Below are positions 1 to 8,784 of a DNA stretch of 64,000 nucleotides, piece after piece; position 1 is the first letter of the stretch, and the number at the start of each line of letters is the position of its first letter. The DNA is from an uncultured Gemmatimonadaceae bacterium. Lineage in GTDB: Bacteria; Gemmatimonadota; Gemmatimonadetes; Gemmatimonadales; Gemmatimonadaceae. The position numbers and the translations under genes are program-made. The DNA is taken from contig CAVUDW010000002.1 in NCBI GenBank assembly GCA_963740355.1, forward strand, positions 1,024,001 through 1,088,000, given 5' to 3'. The notes beneath the pieces are model-generated. The model saw only the letters and a list, made by a program, of their open reading frames with translations, was not told the DNA's origin and made no database searches.

Positions 1-32
1 ACTGCGGCCAACAGCATGGCAATCGCCTTCAT
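1..32 (-). CDS. 5' fragment of a gene running off the window (MKAIAMLLAA..., signal-peptide-like)
   Basis: ATG at 32-30 overlaps the stop (31-29) of the upstream ORF in an ATGA arrangement; only 10 codons are visible. Confidence 0.5.
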   Translation of the reverse strand, partial: MKAIAMLLAA

Positions 33-1189
33 CGCGAGCCACCGGTGGTGGCCGTGGGGCGCTTCACCGCCACCACGCCGGTGAGTGGTGTGGGCGTCAA
101 CCATTCTGCCTGCGGCGTCGCGACCGGCAGTGGTGTGCCGCTCGGTGCGGGACGACGGATGCCCCACGGCTCATCGTGCGAGCGTGTGCCGCCGCGAGTG
201 CGCAACGCGGCACCGAGTCCGGCCGTGACGGCCACCCAGGTGATCCCCAGTGCCAGTGTGCGAACCCAGGCCGCCGTGATCGGCCACGAGGCCACTGCTG
301 CCGCGGCAAGCCATGGGATCGAGAGCAGCAGCATACCACTCACCAGCGCCTGCAGTCTGGCGCCGCGTTCGGAGAGGCCGGGGCGACGCGCGGCAGCACC
401 ACGCCCCACCATCTGCACGGCACCGAGGCCACCGAGCACCAGCAACCCGAGCACTGCGATCACGTACGCCACGATCGCGAATGGAATCAGCAGGATACCG
501 AGCAGTGTGAGCGCGAGCATGAGGCAGATCGTGAGCAGGATCGGCAGCATCGCGATCTGCGCGAGGAAGCCCACCAGCACGTTGCGGCTGAAGCCTGCGT
601 TGAGCGCGGTCGTGACGCGCTGCATCGAGTCACCGGCGTTGATCAGCACGCCGATGGCGAGCAGGATCAGGATGCCGAACCAGGCCGCGGTCTGCTTCAA
701 ACTGCTGACTGTGCTGCCGACGGCCGATACGGACACGTTGCTCGGCGTGGGCTGGATGGCGTCGAGCGTGCGCAATTCACCATCGATGCGCCCCGATGGC
801 GCGATGGCCGCACCATGTTCGGCGGAGACCACGTCACCCGTCACGCGACCGGTCGAGTCGACCACAGCGGCGCCATTGATCGCGATCGCGCTGCCGAGCA
901 CGGTGCCGGTTACGCGGAGCGTGCCGTCGAGCACCACGAGGTTGCCGCGGATCGTGTCGCGGGCGGCTACGGTGAAATCACCCGACCGATGGATGGCGTC
1001 GAGGGCGGCGCAGCCGACGATTGGATCGAGACTGGCGCGTCGGAGGAGCGCCAGGTTGTCGCTGCTGAGCCCGGTGGTATCGCGGGCGGTGCAGGGCGCA
1101 ACGCTGGCCTGCCCGCGGACGGCGACGGGCGTGTTGGCGAGTCCGGCCAACAGCAGGACGGCGACCGAGAAAGAGGGGAGGCGGCGCAC
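29..1189 (-). CDS. Membrane protein with N-terminal signal, polymer-forming/bactofilin-like beta-helix region and about 6 C-terminal TM helices
   Basis: Repeats such as IRGNLVVLDGTLRVTGTVLGSAIAINGAAVVDSTGRVTGDVVS followed by long hydrophobic segments; start placed at the in-frame GTG 1189 just after the anti-sigma stop (ORF track extends to 1258). Confidence 0.7.
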   Translation of the reverse strand: MRRLPSFSVAVLLLAGLANTPVAVRGQASVAPCTARDTTGLSSDNLALLRRASLDPIVGCAALDAIHRSGDFTVAARDTIRGNLVVLDGTLRVTGTVLGSAIAINGAAVVDSTGRVTGDVVSAEHGAAIAPSGRIDGELRTLDAIQPTPSNVSVSAVGSTVSSLKQTAAWFGILILLAIGVLINAGDSMQRVTTALNAGFSRNVLVGFLAQIAMLPILLTICLMLALTLLGILLIPFAIVAYVIAVLGLLVLGGLGAVQMVGRGAAARRPGLSERGARLQALVSGMLLLSIPWLAAAAVASWPITAAWVRTLALGITWVAVTAGLGAALRTRGGTRSHDEPWGIRRPAPSGTPLPVATPQAEWLTPTPLTGVVAVKRPTATTGGSR

Positions 1190-1193
1190 GGCG

Positions 1194-1781
1194 CTAGGCC
1201 TCGAAACGGCGGGCCCGCGCAGCCACTGCGCGCAGACCCAGGAATCCAAGACCGGCACCGGCCATCAGCGTCGCTCCAGCCACCCCGAGGAGCGGCAGGC
1301 CGCTTCCGAAGGTGGTCCCGAGCGGGCCGACCAGTGCCTGGGCAGTCGCGGTCAGCGACTCGAAAAGCCCCTCGCGGGCCCTCTCGGTGACCAGGCCGCC
1401 CACGAAAACCGTGGCGTCCCGATGCGCCCAGCCCCACACTGCCGCGCCCGTGACCAGCGATGCTGCGCCGGTGAGGGCCGTTCCGGCTGCGATGCGCAGC
1501 ACGGGACTGGCGGGCATCCAGCCAGCGACGCTGGTCCGGATGGCCACGTGCCAGGGCTCGAAGACGTGCACCTCGAACATGACCCGATCGGCAAAGCCGA
1601 GATTCGGGGCAAGCTCAGGCAGCGTCTCGATGTCCAGAACGAACGCACGAAGGGCAGCCAGCTCATCGCGGCACTGTGCGCAGTCGCGCAGGTGTCCGGT
1701 AAGCTGCTGCACCCCGAATCCTGTCTCCCCATCGAGGAGCAGGTCGAGTTCGTCAGGCAGGAGGTGGCGTGTGAGTGTCAT
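1194..1781 (-). CDS. Zinc-binding (ZAS/zf-HC2) membrane anti-sigma factor
   Basis: N-terminal H...LDGE...HLRDCAQC (HxxxCxxC) motif, hydrophobic C-terminal segments, directly downstream of the ECF sigma. Confidence 0.85.
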   Translation of the reverse strand: MTLTRHLLPDELDLLLDGETGFGVQQLTGHLRDCAQCRDELAALRAFVLDIETLPELAPNLGFADRVMFEVHVFEPWHVAIRTSVAGWMPASPVLRIAAGTALTGAASLVTGAAVWGWAHRDATVFVGGLVTERAREGLFESLTATAQALVGPLGTTFGSGLPLLGVAGATLMAGAGLGFLGLRAVAARARRFEA

Positions 1782-1800
1782 ATGGATTCCCTGCAGCGTC

Positions 1801-1827
1801 TACGGGCGTGGTCTTCGGTTGGTTTCA
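1801..1827 (-). promoter_or_regulatory. Candidate ECF (SigW-like) promoter TGAAAC-N17-CGTA upstream of the anti-sigma gene
   Basis: Minus strand reads TGAAACcaaccgaagaccacgccCGTA, ending about 20 nt before ATG 1781; resembles the B. subtilis SigW consensus TGAAAC-N16-CGTA with one extra spacer base. Confidence 0.55.
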
Positions 1828-1878
1828 GCGAGGTTTGGGGCGGGGTCTGGCGGGGCGGGGACAGCCGACGTCTGGGCG

Positions 1879-2478
1879 TCATCTGGTGTCCTCCAGGGCC
1901 TCGCGCAGCTCGTGCCGGGCGCGGTGGATGTAGGTCTTGACGGTGCCCAGCGGCAGGTCGAGGAGCTGGGCGATCTCTTCGTAGGATCGACCGTCCACAT
2001 GGCGCAGGAGGATGCAGCTGCGGTAGAGAGGCCGAAGGCTGGCGATGGCCACCTCGATGGCCGCGCCCAGTTCCTTGTTCGCCAGCTCGTCGAGGGCGTT
2101 TTCACTCCGGTCGCCGATCTCGAAGCTGGTCGCCTCGATTTCGGCCTGCGTGGCGGCGCCCGAGGCCCCGTCGATGCTCACCGTGTTGAGCCGACGCCGA
2201 CGAAGCGAGTCGATCGCAAGGTTGTTGGCGATCTTGAACAGCCAACTCGAGAATTTGAACTCCGGGGAGTACTTCTCGATGTTGTTGAGGACCTTGATGA
2301 AGGTCTCCTGCGCGAGGTCTTCGGCGGCCTCGCGGTCGCGCACCATGCGGTAGACCAGCGAAAAAACCGGGCGCTCGTAGCGACGGATCAGCTCCCGGTA
2401 CGCCTCGTCGCGGCCTTCCTGCGCCAGGGCGACGAGATCTGCGTCAGGGAGGTTGGAAGCGTCGAGGAGCCGGGGCAT
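1879..2478 (-). CDS. ECF RNA polymerase sigma factor (RpoE/SigW-like)
   Basis: Region 2 AEDLAQETFIK...FSSWLFKIANN and region 4 SYEEIAQLLDLPLGTVKTYIHRAR. Confidence 0.95.
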   Translation of the reverse strand: MPRLLDASNLPDADLVALAQEGRDEAYRELIRRYERPVFSLVYRMVRDREAAEDLAQETFIKVLNNIEKYSPEFKFSSWLFKIANNLAIDSLRRRRLNTVSIDGASGAATQAEIEATSFEIGDRSENALDELANKELGAAIEVAIASLRPLYRSCILLRHVDGRSYEEIAQLLDLPLGTVKTYIHRARHELREALEDTR

Positions 2479-2626
2479 GCGTCAGGGAGGCACCCTCGGG
2501 CGGCAGCCGAAGTGCGGCGCCCGCGGTGCAGCCGGCGAAGATAGCGCCCTGTGATCGAAGATCGTATGGCATTTGCTGCCAACTGCCTTGTGGCACCGGC
2601 CGGTGGTCCGCGACCTTTGTCGTCTG

Positions 2627-3376
2627 ATGCCCAGCACCCTTGACGCCGACCTGCGGCGCGCCGATGCCGCCGCCGCCGGCGGCGAAGAAAAGCGCGCGTA
2701 CGTCCAGCAGATCTTTTCCGAGATCGCCCCACGCTACGACCTCCTCAACCACGTCCTGTCGATGAACATCGACAAGGGCTGGCGGCGGCGTGCCTTGGAG
2801 GCGCTGGGGTGGAGGAGTACGCCAATCGGGCGCTACCTCGATCTGTGTGCCGGGACACTCGATGTCGGGGCGCAGCTGGTGCGCGAAGCCGGCTTCGATG
2901 GCTACGTGATGGCCGCCGATTTTGCCGAGCCGATGCTGCGGATGGGTGAGGGCAAGGCGCCCCGCTCATCGCTGGGGCCGGTTGCCGCCGATGCGTTGCA
3001 GTTGCCGGTGGCGGACGCCGTCTTCGACGGAGCCATCGTCGCCTTCGGCATTCGCAACGTGGCCTCGCTCGATGCCGGACTCCGTGAAGTGCGTCGCACA
3101 CTGCGCCCAGGTGCACGGTTCGTGATCCTCGAGTTCTCCACGCCGCGCAACGCGCTGGTGCGGGCCGGCTACCAGTTCTATTTCCACTCCGTGCTGCCGA
3201 CCATCGGGCGTCTCGTGAGCGGGCACAAGACGGCCTACACTTATTTGCCGAAAAGCGTCGCACACTTCCCGGTCGAGGAAGAGCTGGCCGCTCGACTCAT
3301 TGCCGCTGGCTTTCGCGATGTGACCTGGACTCCGTTGTCGCTCGGGATCGCGGCGATCCACGTCGGCGTGGCCTGA
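2627..3376 (+). CDS. menG: Demethylmenaquinone methyltransferase (UbiE/MenG family)
   Basis: IAPRYDLLNHVLS, LDLCAGTLD SAM-binding motif, FGIRNV, ILEFS; start at ATG 2627. Confidence 0.9.
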   Translation: MPSTLDADLRRADAAAAGGEEKRAYVQQIFSEIAPRYDLLNHVLSMNIDKGWRRRALEALGWRSTPIGRYLDLCAGTLDVGAQLVREAGFDGYVMAADFAEPMLRMGEGKAPRSSLGPVAADALQLPVADAVFDGAIVAFGIRNVASLDAGLREVRRTLRPGARFVILEFSTPRNALVRAGYQFYFHSVLPTIGRLVSGHKTAYTYLPKSVAHFPVEEELAARLIAAGFRDVTWTPLSLGIAAIHVGVA

Positions 3377-3472
3377 TGCCCGCATCGGACGCCTCGGTAC
3401 ACCCCTGCACTGTGCGCCGCGTCGATCGCGCGCCGTTGCATCACACGACCTCTGTATCCACTGATCCCTGAC

Positions 3473-4963
3473 GTGTCGCTCGATTCCCTGCAGGATTTCA
3501 TCACCGCCATCGATGCGATGGGCGAGCTGGTGCGCGTCTCGCACCCGGTGCGCGCCAAGCTCGAACTGTGCGAGATCACTGACCGGGCCAGCAAGTTGCC
3601 CGGCGGCGGTCCAGCGTTGCTGTTCGAACATGTGATCCTCGACAACGGCGAGCGGTCGGCATACCCGGTCGCGATCAACCTCTTCGGCTCGATGAAGCGC
3701 ATGGCGCTGGCGCTCGGCGTGACGGAGCTGGACGAACATGGCGCGCGCATCACGGAACTGATGAACCTGAAGGTGCCTGACGGATTCATCGCCAAGCTCG
3801 GACTGCTGCCACGACTGCTCGAGGTTTCGAAGTTTCCTCCGCGCGTGAAAAGTGGATCCCCCGCTTGCCAGGAAGTGGTGTGGCGTGGCGACGAGATCGA
3901 TCTCGACAAGATTCCCGTCATCACCTGCTGGCCGGAGGATGGCGGACCGTACATCACCCTCACGGCGGTGGTGAGCAAGGATCCGTCACGCGGCATTCGC
4001 AACGTCGGCATGTATCGGGTGCAAAAGCTCGACAAGCGCACGGTCGCGATGCACTGGCAGCGGCACAAGACCGGCGCCGAACACTTTCGCGAAATGGCGG
4101 AGCGTGGCGAGACGATGCCGGTCTGCATCGTGGTTGGTGCTGATCCTGCCAGTGTCTACAGCGCCAGTGCGCCGCTGCCACCGGCCGTCGACGAATTCAT
4201 CTTCGCCGGATTCCTGCGCCGCGATCCGGTGCACCTCACCAAGGCGGTGAGCTGCGACCTCGAAGTGCCGGCCGCCGCCGAGCTGGTGATTGAGGGCTAC
4301 ATCGATCCGCGTGAAGCGATGGTGGTGGAAGGGCCGTTCGGTGACCACACTGGCTTCTACTCCGAAGCCGACCTCTATCCGAAGGTGCACGTCACGGCGG
4401 TCACGATGCGGAAGCAGATGGTGTATGCGACGACGATCGTCGGGCGTCCGCCGATGGAAGACTTCTATCTCGGTCACGCCACCGAGCGGATCTTCCTGCC
4501 GCTGCTCAAGCTCACCACGCCAGAAATCGTCGACTACCACATGCCGGCCGAGGGCGGGTTTCACAACCTCGTGTTCGTGAGCATCGACAAGAAATATCCG
4601 GGGCACGCCTACAAGGTGATGAATGCCTTGTGGGGAGCGGGACTGATGTCGCTGGCGAAGGTGCTGGTGGTGGTGGACAAGGAGATCGACGTGCGGAACG
4701 TGTCGGAGACGTGGTGGGCCACGCTCAACAACATCGATCCCGAGCGCGACGTCCGGTTCACCATGGGACCGGTGGATGTGCTCGACCACTCCAGTCGCGC
4801 CTTCAGCTACGGCAGCAAGATGGGCATCGATGCCACGCGAAAGCTTCCGGAAGAGGGATTCACTCGGCAGTGGCCGCGGGTGATCGAGATGGACGCCTCG
4901 ACGCGAAGCCGTGTCGACGGTTTCTTCTCGTCGCTGGGCATCACCGAGGCGTGGAAGAAATGA
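3473..4963 (+). CDS. UbiD-family decarboxylase (menaquinone biosynthesis, MqnL-like)
   Basis: DGGPYIT, RNVGMYR, EGPFGDHTGFY, GRPPMED, SKMGIDAT motifs; menaquinone gene context. Confidence 0.93.
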   Translation: MSLDSLQDFITAIDAMGELVRVSHPVRAKLELCEITDRASKLPGGGPALLFEHVILDNGERSAYPVAINLFGSMKRMALALGVTELDEHGARITELMNLKVPDGFIAKLGLLPRLLEVSKFPPRVKSGSPACQEVVWRGDEIDLDKIPVITCWPEDGGPYITLTAVVSKDPSRGIRNVGMYRVQKLDKRTVAMHWQRHKTGAEHFREMAERGETMPVCIVVGADPASVYSASAPLPPAVDEFIFAGFLRRDPVHLTKAVSCDLEVPAAAELVIEGYIDPREAMVVEGPFGDHTGFYSEADLYPKVHVTAVTMRKQMVYATTIVGRPPMEDFYLGHATERIFLPLLKLTTPEIVDYHMPAEGGFHNLVFVSIDKKYPGHAYKVMNALWGAGLMSLAKVLVVVDKEIDVRNVSETWWATLNNIDPERDVRFTMGPVDVLDHSSRAFSYGSKMGIDATRKLPEEGFTRQWPRVIEMDASTRSRVDGFFSSLGITEAWKK

Positions 4964-5898
4964 CCGTGCCAGGACGCGAGGGACAGACGTTCGCCGGCCC
5001 GTCGGCGATTGCGCGCTGGGCGAGTTTCGTCAAGCTGCCGCATACGGTGTTCGCGCTGCCGTTCGCACTGACCGGCGTGGTGTTGGCGAGCCGCGACGTG
5101 ATGCCGACGGTGGGACAGGTCGGGTGGGTGGTGTTGGCCTTCACGGCCGCACGCTTTGCGGCGATGGCCTTCAACCGCATCGTCGATCGCGATGTGGACG
5201 CGATCAATCCTCGCACCCGCATGCGCGAGATCCCGAGCGGGGCGCTGCAACTCGGTCAGGCCAAGGTGAGTGTGGCGTTGGCCGCGGTGCTGTTCGTGTT
5301 TGCGAGCTGGATGCTGAATCCGCTCTGCGGCATGTTGTCGCCGGTCGCACTTGGCTGGGTGCTGTTCTACAGCTACTGCAAGCGATTCACGCGCTGGAGC
5401 CACCTCGTGCTGGGACTCGGCCTCGGTATCGCACCCGTCGGCGGCTACCTCGCCGTCACTGGCGTGTGGAGCGACCCGGCGTGGATGCTGCCGGTGCTGG
5501 CGCTGGCGGTGATGACCTGGTCGGGCGGCTTCGACATTCTCTACGCATTGCAGGACGTGGCCTTCGATCGCGCCAACAAGCTGTTCTCGCTGCCAGCGGC
5601 GCTCGGTGCGCCACGCGCGCTGAACGTGGCGCGTGCGCTGCACGTCGGCACGGTGCTGCTGCTGGCGCTGGTTGGGTGGGCGACCGGTGGCGGACCGCTC
5701 TACGCATTGGGCGTCGCGGTGGTGGCGATCCTGCTGGCGTACGAACATTCGTTGGTGAAGCCCGACGATCTGTCGAAGTTGGATGCGGCCTTCTTCACGA
5801 TGAACGGCATCATCAGCATCTCGTTCTTCACCTGTGTCCTGCTGGAGCGGCTTCTGCACCTGCCATCGCTGGCCGTGCTGCTGGCGCGCACGACATGA
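4960..5898 (+). CDS. UbiA-family polyprenyltransferase (MqnP-like)
   Basis: KLPHTVFALPFA, NRIVDRDVDAINPRT, GFDILYALQD motifs and many TM helices; ATGA overlap with the previous gene. Confidence 0.92.
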   Translation: MTVPGREGQTFAGPSAIARWASFVKLPHTVFALPFALTGVVLASRDVMPTVGQVGWVVLAFTAARFAAMAFNRIVDRDVDAINPRTRMREIPSGALQLGQAKVSVALAAVLFVFASWMLNPLCGMLSPVALGWVLFYSYCKRFTRWSHLVLGLGLGIAPVGGYLAVTGVWSDPAWMLPVLALAVMTWSGGFDILYALQDVAFDRANKLFSLPAALGAPRALNVARALHVGTVLLLALVGWATGGGPLYALGVAVVAILLAYEHSLVKPDDLSKLDAAFFTMNGIISISFFTCVLLERLLHLPSLAVLLARTT

Positions 5899-6497
5899 CG
5901 CCGCCGCTGCCGATCGTGATGGCGATCACCGGTGCCTCGGGTGCACCGTACGCCGTGCGCCTCCTGCACGCGATGGCCAGCGCGCGCCAGCCGGTGTGGC
6001 TGATCGTATCGTCGCACGGATGGCGCCTGCTGCAGACGGAATCGGCCATCCACGACCTGCATGGATTGCGGGAGCATGTTGGCGAGGATGCCTGGGATGC
6101 CAGTGTGACGGTGTTCGACGACAACGATCGCGGCGCCACACCCGCCAGCGGATCGGCGAAGGTGCAGGGGATGGTGATCGTGCCCTGCAGCATGGGCACG
6201 ATTGCATCGATCGCTGCGGGCACGAGTCGATCGCTGGTGGAACGGGCGGCCGATGTCTCCCTCAAGGAGCGGCGTCGCCTGGTTGTCGTGCCGCGCGAGA
6301 CGCCGCTGTCGCGCATCCACCTCGAGAACATGCTGCGGCTGACGGACGCGGGTGCGGTCGTCCTTCCCGCAGCCCCCGGCTTCTACCATCAGCCGGAGCG
6401 TATCGACCAGTTGGTGGACTTCGTGGTGCAGCGCATTCTCGATCAGCTGCACCTCGACATCGACATCGCGCCGCGATGGGGCGACGACGCGGCGTGA
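5895..6497 (+). CDS. ubiX: Flavin prenyltransferase
   Basis: ITGASGA, PCSMGT, RAADVSLKERR, PRETP, PAAPGFY; ATGA overlap. Confidence 0.93.
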   Translation: MTPPLPIVMAITGASGAPYAVRLLHAMASARQPVWLIVSSHGWRLLQTESAIHDLHGLREHVGEDAWDASVTVFDDNDRGATPASGSAKVQGMVIVPCSMGTIASIAAGTSRSLVERAADVSLKERRRLVVVPRETPLSRIHLENMLRLTDAGAVVLPAAPGFYHQPERIDQLVDFVVQRILDQLHLDIDIAPRWGDDAA

Positions 6498-6973
6498 GTG
6501 CCACGCGACAGGTCATCGGGCTGGTCTCCGACACACACGGTATGGTGCGCGCGAGCCTCTTCGATGCGCTGGCCGGTGTGGACGAAATCCTGCACGCGGG
6601 CGATGTCGGGCCGGATGATGTGCTGCACGAGCTGGAAGCGATCGCACCGGTGCGGGCCGTGTTCGGCAACACCGATCGGCCGGGCAATCCGCGACTGACC
6701 CAGGAGCTGATCGTGACGATCGGCGGCGTGAGCATTCATGTCAGCCACGGCCACGAACTCGGCAGCCCGACACCGGCCAAGCTGCTCGCTGCCTACCCGC
6801 AGCAGGTGCTCGTGTACGGGCATACGCATCGACAACTGATCACGGAAGTTGATGGCCGGCTGGTGATCAACCCCGGCGCCGCCGGCGCCCGTCGCTTCGA
6901 TCTCCTGCCCACCGTTGCACGGCTCGTGATCGAAAACGGCCACGCGTCGGTATCGCTCGTTTCGCTCGACTGA
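6494..6973 (+). CDS. YfcE/MJ0936-family metallophosphoesterase
   Basis: SDTHG, HAGD, GNTD, HGH, GHTH, NPG motifs; GTGA overlap with ubiX. Confidence 0.9.
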   Translation: MSATRQVIGLVSDTHGMVRASLFDALAGVDEILHAGDVGPDDVLHELEAIAPVRAVFGNTDRPGNPRLTQELIVTIGGVSIHVSHGHELGSPTPAKLLAAYPQQVLVYGHTHRQLITEVDGRLVINPGAAGARRFDLLPTVARLVIENGHASVSLVSLD

Positions 6974-6992
6974 CTCGCTCAAACTGCGAACT

Positions 6993-7262
6993 GCCACAGC
7001 GAATCGCAGAGTCGCAGAGGGACGCAGAGAACAGCAACTGCTGAACGGCCTTAACGCAAAAGAGATGAACTGCGATACTGCAACAGCCGCCGAACTGAAC
7101 GGCCGCAGAACTGCGCGCGCTGGATCGGATGGTCGGTGAACGCGGCGGCCTGATTTTTCATGGGAACAACTCGCCCACCGTCCTTCCGCTTCCGAGGCAC
7201 TTTACCAAAGCACTTCAGTTGCTGTTCCTCCGCGTCTTGGCGTCTCCGCGATTCGCTGTGGC
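6993..7262. repeat. Long imperfect inverted repeat (arms 6993-7040 and 7216-7262) between convergent genes
   Basis: The outer 15 bp GCCACAGCGAATCGC and inner 12 bp GAACAGCAACTG each have an exact reverse complement in the right arm; the middle carries CGCAGAG-like subrepeats. Confidence 0.85.
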
Positions 7263-7376
7263 CGTTTTGCGGTCGTATGTAGTTTTGCGGTTGTGCAGTA
7301 TCCCTGAGCAGTTTTGCGTCAAAGCTGTTGCTGTTGATCGTGCCCGTGCTCGTCCCGTTGCCGTCGTTCGGTCTAG

Positions 7377-8738
7377 TCAACCAGGACTGAGCCGACGCGT
7401 GAATTCACGGCGCAGGAGCCAGACGCTGAGGATCATCTGCAAGGTGACGGTGATCACGCCGAGCCACCAGACTTGCTGCATCGTGAAGTTCGGCTGGCGT
7501 GACAGCCAGAGCGCGGGGAGGGCGAACGTCGCGAGGCGGATGCCGCCGCTGACGAGTGATGGCATCGTGTTGCCGAGCGCCTGAAACATGCCTGAACAGG
7601 TGAAGATCAGGCCCTGCGAGATGAAGTTCCAGGCGACGATGTGCAGGAAGGCGGCGCCGACCGCGATCACCGCTGGCTCCTTGGTGAAGAGTGCCAGCAT
7701 TGCGTCGGACTGTGTTTGCGCGACGATGGTGGCGACGAGCATCACGGCACTGCCGATCAATGCGGCCATCTTGAACGTCTCGCGCACCCGATCACCCTTG
7801 CCTGCGCCGACGTTCTGCCCGGCCACTGGTGAGGCCGCGAATGCCACGGCCATCGCCGGCAGGAAGATCGACTGCATCACGCGGGCGCCGAGTCCGTACC
7901 CCGCTTGTGCCGCTGCACCAAATGGGCGGATCATGAAGTACATCAACCCCGTCAACACGAACAGCAGCAGGAATTCGGCACCAGATGGCAGGCCGATCTT
8001 GAGCAGGCGCATGATCGGCTCGCGTTTCGGCGCCATCAACGAGACGTCGAGGCGCGCGTAGCGATCGCCGGAGAGGAAATACACCCACCCGGCAATCACG
8101 CCGGCCGTGATGCTGATCGCGGAAGCGAGTCCCGCACCGAGTGTGCCAAGCGGATGTCCCGTGCCCCATCCGGCGATCAGCACCGGTGCGAGGATCGCGT
8201 TCAGCAATACTGTGCCGATCTGGATCAGCATGCCGGGTTTTGCGACACCAGTGCCACGCAGTGCCGATCCGAGTGTGATCAATGCGAACTGCATCGCCAG
8301 CGCGGGAATGAACGCGTACAGGTAGCCGCGACCTGCGTCCACGGTCGCTGTGTCGGCGGCCATCAGTCGCAGGTAGCTGTTCATCACCGCGAAGCCGATC
8401 ACCAGTGTGGCGACGAAGCCGATGCCCGACAGGAAGAGGCTCTGGTTCAGCACCAGCGTCGCATCCTCACGATCACGCCGTCCGCTGGCCTGTGCGATCA
8501 ATGCCACCGTACCGACTCCCAGCACCTGCGTCACCGCCATCACGACGTACTGCAGCGTCCCCGCAGCGCTGACACCCGCCAGCGCCGCGTCACCCAGCCC
8601 GGCCACGAAGTACAGGTCGATCAGCAGGTAGGCCGTCTGGAACAGCATGCCGAACGCCATCGGCAGTGCCATGCGAACGATGTGGCGCGCAATCGGGCCT
8701 TCGGTCAGGTCATTCATGGCGGGCAAGTTGGCAGTCAC
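7377..8738 (-). CDS. MATE-family efflux transporter
   Basis: DLTEGPI...LALPM-like start, LRGTG, GQNVGAG, about 12 TM helices in two halves. Confidence 0.93.
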   Translation of the reverse strand: MTANLPAMNDLTEGPIARHIVRMALPMAFGMLFQTAYLLIDLYFVAGLGDAALAGVSAAGTLQYVVMAVTQVLGVGTVALIAQASGRRDREDATLVLNQSLFLSGIGFVATLVIGFAVMNSYLRLMAADTATVDAGRGYLYAFIPALAMQFALITLGSALRGTGVAKPGMLIQIGTVLLNAILAPVLIAGWGTGHPLGTLGAGLASAISITAGVIAGWVYFLSGDRYARLDVSLMAPKREPIMRLLKIGLPSGAEFLLLFVLTGLMYFMIRPFGAAAQAGYGLGARVMQSIFLPAMAVAFAASPVAGQNVGAGKGDRVRETFKMAALIGSAVMLVATIVAQTQSDAMLALFTKEPAVIAVGAAFLHIVAWNFISQGLIFTCSGMFQALGNTMPSLVSGGIRLATFALPALWLSRQPNFTMQQVWWLGVITVTLQMILSVWLLRREFTRRLSPG

Positions 8739-8784
8739 GACTGCGCCGGCAAGGGGACCGGATGAATCGCCTATTGAGAAACGC

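Noticed and set aside
45..1940. Long plus-strand ORF (631 aa) and similar shadow ORFs such as 36972-39071, 39240-40952, 59708-61357
   Set aside because: Antisense or off-frame to well-supported genes; expected in high-GC DNA; no recognisable motifs
7051..7380. 109-aa minus-strand ORF across the inverted-repeat region
   Set aside because: Low-complexity translation of repeat DNA with no motif; its start overlaps the MATE stop so it is not fully excluded
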